A DNA stretch of 30,080 nucleotides from Occultella glacieicola. GTDB lineage: Bacteria > Actinomycetota > Actinomycetes > Actinomycetales > Beutenbergiaceae. Location of the stretch: NCBI RefSeq assembly GCF_004353825.1, contig NZ_SMNA01000013.1, positions 124,001 through 154,080 of the forward strand. The letters run 5' to 3'. Made by a program: the position numbers and the translations under genes. The notes beneath the pieces are model-generated. The model searched no databases. It worked only from the letters and a program-made list of their open reading frames with translations, and was not told the DNA's origin. Shown piece by piece: positions 17,794 through 24,025 of the stretch. Positions within the stretch are counted from its first letter, which is position 1. Each line of letters begins with the position of its first letter.

Positions 17794-19014
17794 TCAGTTC
17801 GTGACGTCGATGGTGCCGGCCGGGGCGATGGCCAGGACGTTGCGGGTGCCCTCGCTCTGGTAGAGGTCGAGGTCCATGAGCATCACGTAGGCCTCGTACC
17901 GACCGGGGGTGAGCGGCTCCAGCGGGACCGACGGCGTCCAACCGGGGGCGCAGACGTCGCCGAGTGAGTGTCCGGCGTTCAGGCCCAGCGATTCGTCCGG
18001 CGCGAGGTCGAGGTCGCGGGTGTCGTCGCTGCCCAGGTACTCCGGGGCGACGACGACGCCGTCGCGGACCAGCACGGTCCAGGTGTAGACGCCGTGTGCG
18101 ATCTGTTCCGAGCTGACATTGCGCACCGTGGGCTCGACGGCGATCGGGCTGCCGCCGGAGTTCGGCCCGGACACGAACGGGCCCTCGGGCCACTCGACGG
18201 TCAGTTCCAGTCCCGTGTTCGGGCTCGGCGGCGCCCAGGCGTCGCCACACATCGGCTCGAACTCGGGGGCTGGGTCGAGGGTGTCAACCGGGGTGGACGG
18301 CTCCTCGCTCTCCGGGTCGGTCGGGTCCTGCGTGGGCTCGCCCGACGGTTCCTCGGTCGGTTCCTCGGTGGGCGCCGCCGTGGCCTCGACCACGCCGTCG
18401 GCGACCGAGAACTCGACCGGATCGGTGGCCCAGGCGCCGGCATCGGTCACCGAGCCCCGCTGGTACAGCTCGTAGTCGCCGTCCGCGAGGGAGTCACCCT
18501 CGCACGCGGAGAAGTCGAACGCCGCCGACCACTCCGCGGGGTTCCCGGCCGGCACGAGGACGGTCTCGGTCGACGTCCCGGCCAGGTGGTAGCCACGGAT
18601 CGCGCCGGTGACCGGGTCGACCGCGTAGGAGGCGATCGAGTCGACCGGGACCTCGAGGTCACCGTCGTCGGGGTTCTCGAAGAGCGTCGTCACCACGGCG
18701 CTCGGCCCCTGCGCCGCGCCGGCGATGGACACGGACGCGATCACGGACGGGACGCCGTCGGGCAGGAGGTCGTCGATCGTCTGCGTGCACACCTCGACCG
18801 GCTGGGCCGGTGGGACCGGGTCCCGCTGGGTGCCGCTCACCTGCCAGACGATCACACCGATCGTGGCCACCGTGGCGACGCTCGCCATCGTGGCGCCGGC
18901 GGCGCGGGCACGACGGCGGCGCCTGACCCCGGCGATCAGCTCACCGGTGCGGGAGGCCAGCGGGTTGGGCGCGCTCGCGCGCGCCTCGCTGCGGAGCATG
19001 TCTTCGAGGTTCAT
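17794..19014 (-). CDS. Single-pass membrane protein, putative anti-sigma/sensor partner (pair 1)
   Basis: ATGA overlap with the sigma stop; MNL start like its paralogue, VRRRRRAR then a TM helix, two two-Cys repeats separated by a PTEE-rich linker. Confidence 0.78.
   Translation of the reverse strand: MNLEDMLRSEARASAPNPLASRTGELIAGVRRRRRARAAGATMASVATVATIGVIVWQVSGTQRDPVPPAQPVEVCTQTIDDLLPDGVPSVIASVSIAGAAQGPSAVVTTLFENPDDGDLEVPVDSIASYAVDPVTGAIRGYHLAGTSTETVLVPAGNPAEWSAAFDFSACEGDSLADGDYELYQRGSVTDAGAWATDPVEFSVADGVVEATAAPTEEPTEEPSGEPTQDPTDPESEEPSTPVDTLDPAPEFEPMCGDAWAPPSPNTGLELTVEWPEGPFVSGPNSGGSPIAVEPTVRNVSSEQIAHGVYTWTVLVRDGVVVAPEYLGSDDTRDLDLAPDESLGLNAGHSLGDVCAPGWTPSVPLEPLTPGRYEAYVMLMDLDLYQSEGTRNVLAIAPAGTIDVTN
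18346..18369. repeat. 12-bp tandem repeat in the Pro/Thr/Glu linker
   Basis: CGGTTCCTCGGT twice in tandem, encoding TEEP-TEEP on the minus strand. Confidence 0.8.
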
Positions 19015-19538
19015 CGCCGATCTCCTTCCAGGGACTGGTCCAGTTCGACCATCAGGTGACGCCCGGCGTCGTGCAGGTGTCGTTTCACGGTGCCGGGACT
19101 CACGCCGAGTTCCTCGGCGATCTGCGGCACGGTCAGGTCCGCGTAGTAGCGCAGCACCATGCAGGCGCGCTGCTTCGGTCCGAGGACGGCGAGGGCCCGG
19201 TCCACGTCGAGGCGGTCCGGGCTGTGCCGCTCGGGGCCGGCGGTGGAGTCCGACCCGGGCAGCAGGTGCCGCACGGCCGCCCAGCGCCGACGGCGGCGGT
19301 AGCCGTCCAGGTAGAGCGTCAGGATCGTCCGGCGGACGTACGCCTCCGCGTGCTCGACGGCGCCGCCGTCGTCCCTGCCGGCCGGCCGACGCATGACCGC
19401 GAACACCTTGGTGAGCGCCTCCTGGACGAGGTCCTCACCCTCCGCGCGATCCCCACAGAGCAGGCTCGCGTACCGCACCAACGCACCCCCTCGCTGGCGC
19501 ACCAGGTCCGTCAGGACCGGTTCCCAGTGGCTCATCAT
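19011..19538 (-). CDS. ECF (SigE-family) RNA polymerase sigma factor (pair 1)
   Basis: GEDLVQEAL...EAYVRRTI and KQRACMVLRYYADLTVPQIAEELGVSPGTVKRHLHDA; AAGGGG upstream of ATGATG. Confidence 0.93.
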   Translation of the reverse strand: MMSHWEPVLTDLVRQRGGALVRYASLLCGDRAEGEDLVQEALTKVFAVMRRPAGRDDGGAVEHAEAYVRRTILTLYLDGYRRRRRWAAVRHLLPGSDSTAGPERHSPDRLDVDRALAVLGPKQRACMVLRYYADLTVPQIAEELGVSPGTVKRHLHDAGRHLMVELDQSLEGDRR

Positions 19539-19544
19539 GTCCCC

Positions 19545-19616
19545 TTATCGCAACCCGTGACCGGTGGCGCGGGTCGGCGCCGCTGCCGGTGACAGCCCGT
19601 CGGGCGAGGCTGTCAT
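19545..19616 (-). other. Candidate leaderless 23-aa uORF in frame with the downstream sigma gene
   Basis: ATG at 19616 lies 7 nt after the CGTC -10 box; MTASPDGLSPAAAPTRATGHGLR-TAA, then GGG GAC ATG of the sigma. Confidence 0.35.
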
Positions 19617-19623
19617 GGAGGTA

Positions 19624-19648
19624 GACGACCAAGCGTCCCAAACCGTTG
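19624..19648 (-). promoter_or_regulatory. ECF-type promoter upstream of sigma pair 1
   Basis: Minus strand CAAC-GGTTTGGGACGCTTGGT (17 nt)-CGTC. Confidence 0.72.
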
Positions 19649-19721
19649 AGCCGCCCGGTGGCCGATGTCCGGGTGCGCCAGGGACCAAGGTCCCGTTCTT
19701 TCCCGACCCGGTGTCAGGAAA

Positions 19722-19769
19722 CCACAACATGTAGTAAGCGGCGGCGTGTTGCAGCACTACATCTTGGGT
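19722..19769 (+). promoter_or_regulatory. Tandem NrdR boxes
   Basis: CCACAACATGTAGTAA (19722-19737) and GCACTACATCTTGGGT (19754-19769), 32 bp apart, fitting the CaCwAyATnTwG consensus; TAGGTT -10-like hexamer at 19780-19785; directly upstream of nrdD. Confidence 0.85.
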
Positions 19770-19821
19770 TGAACGGCTCTAGGTTCGAGATGTCGAGTCC
19801 ACCCGAAACGAGGAGCCCACC

Positions 19822-21729
19822 ATGAATGCCCGGACCGTCCCGCCCGCCCACTCGCCCCACGCCTGGCCGTCGCCCGCCTCGGCGACCCAGGCTCCGCCGT
19901 CGCCCCCGCTGCGCGCCCTCGTCGACCCGATCCGCACCGTGGACGACTACCTCGACCGCAGCGACTGGCGCGTCAACGCGAACGCGAACCAGGGGTTCTC
20001 GCTCGGCGGCCTGATGCTGAACACGTCCGGCAAGGTGATCGCGAACTACTGGCTGGACGAGGTCTACCCGGACGCCGTCGGACGTGCGCACCGCGAGGCG
20101 GACCTGCACATCCACGACCTCGACATGCTCTCCGGCTACTGCGCCGGCTGGTCGCTGCGCGCGCTCCTGCACGAGGGTTTCAACGGGGTCCCGGGCGCGA
20201 TCGCGGCGCGCCCGCCACGGCACTTCTCCTCGGCCGTCGGGCAGATCGTGAACTTCCTCGGCACCCTGCAGAACGAGTGGGCCGGCGCGCAGGCGTTCAG
20301 CTCCTTCGACACCTACATGGCGCCGTTCGTGCGGGTGGACGCGATGACCTATGCGCAGGTCTACCAGTGCCTGCAGGAGATGATCCACAACCTGAACGCA
20401 TCGTCGCGGTGGGGCACCCAGACCCCGTTCACCAACCTCACGTTCGACTGGACCTGCCCCGAGGACCTGCGTGAGCAGATCCCGATGGTCGGCGGGCAGG
20501 AGTGCGACTTCAGCTACGGCGACCTGCAGGCCGAGATGGACCTGATCAACCGCGCCTACATCGACGTGATGACCGCCGGTGACGCCGGCGGGCGCGTGTT
20601 CACGTTCCCGATCCCGACCTACAACATCACGAGGGACTTCGACTGGGACTCCCCGAACGCCGGCGCCCTGTTCGCGATGACCGCGAAGTACGGGCTGCCC
20701 TACTTCCAGAACTTCATCAACTCCGACCTGGACCCCGGCATGATCCGCTCGATGTGCTGCCGGCTCCAACTGGACCTGCGTGAGCTGCTGGCGCGCGGGA
20801 ACGGGCTGTTCGGGTCGGCGGAACTGACCGGCTCGATCGGCGTCGTCACGGTCAACTGCGCCCGCCTCGGCTACCTGCATGCCGGCGACGAGGACGCGCT
20901 CGTGGCGGACCTGGACTGGTTGCTCGACCTGGGCAGGGAGTCGCTGGAGCTCAAGCGGACCGCCGTGGCGGGCTGGCTGGACGCGGGGCTGTATCCGTAC
21001 ACGAGGCGCTACCTGCCCTCGCTCGACAACCACTTCTCGACGCTCGGCGTGAACGGCATGAACGAGATGGTCCGCAACTTCACGATGGACGCTTATGACC
21101 TCACCGACCCCCGCGGGCACGCGATGGTCGAGCGGATCCTGGACCACGTGCGGACGCGGCTGGTGGAGTACCAGGAGGAGACCGGGCATCTGTACAACCT
21201 CGAGGCGACGCCTGCCGAGGGCACCACCTACCGGTTCGCGAAGGAGGACCGGCGCCGGTTCCCCGGGATCCTGCAGGCCGGCACGGACACGAATCCGTAC
21301 TACACGAACTCCTCGCAACTGCCGGTGGGGTTCACCGACGACCCGTTCGAGGCGCTCACCCGCCAGGACGACCTCCAACGCAAGTACACCGGTGGCACCG
21401 TGCTGCACCTGTACATGAGCGAGCGGCTCTCCGATGCCGAGGCCTGCAAGCGGCTGGTGCGACGCTCGCTCGAGCGGTTCTCGCTGCCGTACCTGACCAT
21501 CACGCCGACGTTCTCGATCTGTCCCGCACACGGCTACCTGGCCGGGGAGCAGCCGACCTGCCCACGCTGTGCCGCGGCTGACCCGGATGCCCCGCCGGTG
21601 GTCTGCGAGGTCTGGACCCGGGTGATGGGCTATCACCGCCCGGTCAGCTCGTTCAACATCGGCAAGAAGGGTGAGCATGCGCAGCGTCGGCATTTCACCG
21701 AGGCGGCCGCCCAGCTGGAGCTGGTGTGA
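19822..21729 (+). CDS. nrdD: Class III (anaerobic) ribonucleoside-triphosphate reductase
   Basis: HIHDL, YCAGWS, active-site loop SMCCRL, NLEATPAE, metal site CPAH...CPRC, glycyl-radical motif RVMGY; GAGGAG RBS. Confidence 0.96.
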   Translation: MNARTVPPAHSPHAWPSPASATQAPPSPPLRALVDPIRTVDDYLDRSDWRVNANANQGFSLGGLMLNTSGKVIANYWLDEVYPDAVGRAHREADLHIHDLDMLSGYCAGWSLRALLHEGFNGVPGAIAARPPRHFSSAVGQIVNFLGTLQNEWAGAQAFSSFDTYMAPFVRVDAMTYAQVYQCLQEMIHNLNASSRWGTQTPFTNLTFDWTCPEDLREQIPMVGGQECDFSYGDLQAEMDLINRAYIDVMTAGDAGGRVFTFPIPTYNITRDFDWDSPNAGALFAMTAKYGLPYFQNFINSDLDPGMIRSMCCRLQLDLRELLARGNGLFGSAELTGSIGVVTVNCARLGYLHAGDEDALVADLDWLLDLGRESLELKRTAVAGWLDAGLYPYTRRYLPSLDNHFSTLGVNGMNEMVRNFTMDAYDLTDPRGHAMVERILDHVRTRLVEYQEETGHLYNLEATPAEGTTYRFAKEDRRRFPGILQAGTDTNPYYTNSSQLPVGFTDDPFEALTRQDDLQRKYTGGTVLHLYMSERLSDAEACKRLVRRSLERFSLPYLTITPTFSICPAHGYLAGEQPTCPRCAAADPDAPPVVCEVWTRVMGYHRPVSSFNIGKKGEHAQRRHFTEAAAQLELV

Positions 21730-22454
21730 CGGTGACGGCGCCCCCTCGCCCGGGTGCTCGGGCGGCGGACCTGCAGGTGGCCGGGCTGACCCGGATGTCC
21801 GGGTGCGACTGGCCCGGCCGCCTGGTCGCGACGGTCTTCCTGCAGGGGTGCCCCTGGAACTGCGGGTACTGCCACAACCCGGACCTGATCCCGACCCGCG
21901 CGCCGGGGAGGTACGCCTGGGGGGATGTCCTGGAGTTCCTGAGCGCCCGTGTCGGACTGCTGGACGGCGTCGTGTTCTCCGGCGGCGAGCCCACCCGGCA
22001 ACTCGGCCTCGCCGCTGCGATCTCGGCGGTCCGCGACCTCGGCCTCGGGATCGGCCTGCACACCGCGGGTGCCTATCCGAGGCGACTGGCCGCCGTCGCC
22101 GGGTCCGTCGACTGGATCGGGCTCGACATCAAGGCCGAACCGGAAGGCTACGACGACGTGATCCGCACCGGCGGCGGCGATGCGGCCTGGCGCAGCCTCG
22201 AGGTGGCCCTGGCGTCCTCCGCCGACGTGGAGGTGCGGACCACGGTCCACCCGGGCTCCGCCGTCGACGTCCTTGTGCTGGCGCGGCGGCTGCGGGCCGC
22301 GGGTGTGCGCCACTACGCCCTGCAACGCGCCCGGGCTGAGGGGACCCGCGAGGAGTTCAGGGCCGACGGCGTCGGGTGGGACGAGCGGTTCGCGCACCTC
22401 GCCGAGTCGGTCGCCGACGTGGGATTCGACCACTTCGAGGTCAGGTCGGGCTGA
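21726..22454 (+). CDS. nrdG: Anaerobic RNR activating radical-SAM protein
   Basis: CxxxCxxC motif GCPWNCGYCHN, VVFSGGEPT; GTGA overlap with the nrdD stop. Confidence 0.94.
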   Translation: MTVTAPPRPGARAADLQVAGLTRMSGCDWPGRLVATVFLQGCPWNCGYCHNPDLIPTRAPGRYAWGDVLEFLSARVGLLDGVVFSGGEPTRQLGLAAAISAVRDLGLGIGLHTAGAYPRRLAAVAGSVDWIGLDIKAEPEGYDDVIRTGGGDAAWRSLEVALASSADVEVRTTVHPGSAVDVLVLARRLRAAGVRHYALQRARAEGTREEFRADGVGWDERFAHLAESVADVGFDHFEVRSG

Positions 22455-22460
22455 GCAGAA

Positions 22461-22489
22461 CCGGCGCGGGCCCGTCAGGCCTACGCCGG
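22461..22489. terminator. Hairpin between convergent nrdG and the beta-propeller gene
   Basis: CCGGCGCGGGCC-cgtca-GGCCTACGCCGG; 10 of 12 Watson-Crick pairs plus one wobble; no U-tract. Confidence 0.4.
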
Positions 22490-22496
22490 ACCCGAA

Positions 22497-23891
22497 TCAC
22501 GCCACCGGGTCCGCACGGTCGAAGAGCAGCAGTGCGTCGCCGTCGGTATACGTCTCGACGCCGACCACGATGCTCGTGTCGGTGATCGTGAATGAGTAGA
22601 CGCCGTCTGGCATTTCCGTGCGGGTGCCGGTGCCTGTCGCGGCGTCCACGAGCCAGAGGTCCTCGGCGTTCGTGGGCACCAGGATCTGGGTACCGAGGGT
22701 CACGGCCCGGTTGGTCTGGAACCATTCGTCCGCCTCGTGAGCCAGCGTCCAGAGCTCGGCGCCGGTGGTCACATCGAGACCGTGCAGGTCCCCGGGTCCC
22801 GAGGAGTACAGGAGGGTGTCCCCGGTCAGGCTGGCACGGGCTCCGTACGGGATCTCGATCGTCCAGCGCGGCTCGCCGGTGCGCGGATCGACGCCGACGA
22901 GGTCCCAGCGCACGGTGTCGGCGGTCACCGAGTCGAGGTCCGGGGTGGTCATCGTGGTCAGCACGAGGGTGCCCCGGCCGGTGTCCGAGGCGCCCAGGAC
23001 GGTGGAGATCACCGGGCTCGAGGGGTCCTCCTCTGCTGGATAGCGCCAGAGGGGAGAGCCGTCGGCGGTCGAGAAGGCGGCCACGGTGCGGGTGTCCGTA
23101 CCTTGGTTCGCAAGGTTCAACCCGACCGTGTAGTCGATGTCGCGCTCATTGAAGCGGCTCAGGACCGCCGCGCCACCGAGGACCGTCAGGTCATCGGCGG
23201 AGGGCAGACCGGTCATCGGCACCGTCCAGGCGACGTCGCCCGTGCCGGGGGTCATCCGGGTCAGCGACAGGTCCGGATCGTCGTCGACGTCCTGGGCGAG
23301 CAGGATCTCGCTTGTCTCCGGGATCCGTGCGGTCGCCAGCGTCGGCGCGAAGCCGTGTTCGGTGTTCGTCCCCACCCAGGTGCAGGCCGACCAGCGCCCG
23401 GTGCGGGCGTCCAGCGCGCTGACGGCGGCGGTGCGGTCCTCAGGCAGAACCAGGGTGACGATGTCCTCGCCGACCTGGCCGCCGCCGGGTGCGTACCCGT
23501 CGTAGCCACGGGCCCAGCGCACCGATCCGGACGCGGGGTCGAGGGAGAGCACGGCGCCGGCGAAGGAGTTGCCGGTGCTGCCGGATCCGCTGGCGAGCAG
23601 CACGCCGTCGTCGACGGCGATCACCGATGCGGCGTTCCACGGGGCCACGACTGTGCCGCTGGAGAGGCCACCGAACGGTCCGTTGTCCTCGAGTGCGGCG
23701 ACCACATCGGTGACCGCGCCGGTCGTGTTCAGCCCCTGCGACTGGCGCAGATCGAGGCCCAACCGGTCGGCCTCGACCAGTTCCGAGCCCCGCCGGCACT
23801 GCCATGCGGGCAGCACGGTCGTGTATCCGACGACACCGATCCCGGCGAGCAGCGCTGCACTCAGCGCGATGACGATCCCCCGACGACGCAT
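22497..23891 (-). CDS. Membrane-anchored or secreted PQQ-like (BamB-type) beta-propeller repeat protein
   Basis: Repeated blades LDPASGSVRW, LDARTGRW, MTPGTGDVAW, FSTADGSPLW, VDPRTGEPRW, LDVTTGAELW; N-terminal MRRR plus hydrophobic helix; preferred start ATG 23891. Confidence 0.82.
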   Translation of the reverse strand: MRRRGIVIALSAALLAGIGVVGYTTVLPAWQCRRGSELVEADRLGLDLRQSQGLNTTGAVTDVVAALEDNGPFGGLSSGTVVAPWNAASVIAVDDGVLLASGSGSTGNSFAGAVLSLDPASGSVRWARGYDGYAPGGGQVGEDIVTLVLPEDRTAAVSALDARTGRWSACTWVGTNTEHGFAPTLATARIPETSEILLAQDVDDDPDLSLTRMTPGTGDVAWTVPMTGLPSADDLTVLGGAAVLSRFNERDIDYTVGLNLANQGTDTRTVAAFSTADGSPLWRYPAEEDPSSPVISTVLGASDTGRGTLVLTTMTTPDLDSVTADTVRWDLVGVDPRTGEPRWTIEIPYGARASLTGDTLLYSSGPGDLHGLDVTTGAELWTLAHEADEWFQTNRAVTLGTQILVPTNAEDLWLVDAATGTGTRTEMPDGVYSFTITDTSIVVGVETYTDGDALLLFDRADPVA

Positions 23892-23957
23892 GCGGACAGG
23901 ATGGCACGCGCCCGGGGCGCGGGCGGACGAGTGGTCCATGAGGCGGCGCCCGTTGGC

Positions 23958-23963
23958 TAGACT
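23958..23963 (+). promoter_or_regulatory. Probable -10 element of hppA
   Basis: TAGACT about 60 bp upstream of the ATG; GAGGAGG RBS just before 24026. Confidence 0.4.
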
Positions 23964-24025
23964 CTCGCTCAGCCTGAGGCGACACGGATGCCTGGGCCCT
24001 GTGTGTAGTTCGTCGAGGAGGACGG

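Noticed and set aside
19650..19821. Cobalamin riboswitch upstream of nrdD
   Set aside because: No B12-box or conserved riboswitch core seen; the region is explained by NrdR boxes and a promoter close to the RBS. GGGACC-AA-GGTCCC at 19681-19694 is too short to interpret.
23915..23960. Third ECF-type promoter before the beta-propeller gene (CAACGG...CGTC on the minus strand)
   Set aside because: The spacer is 22 nt rather than 16-17.
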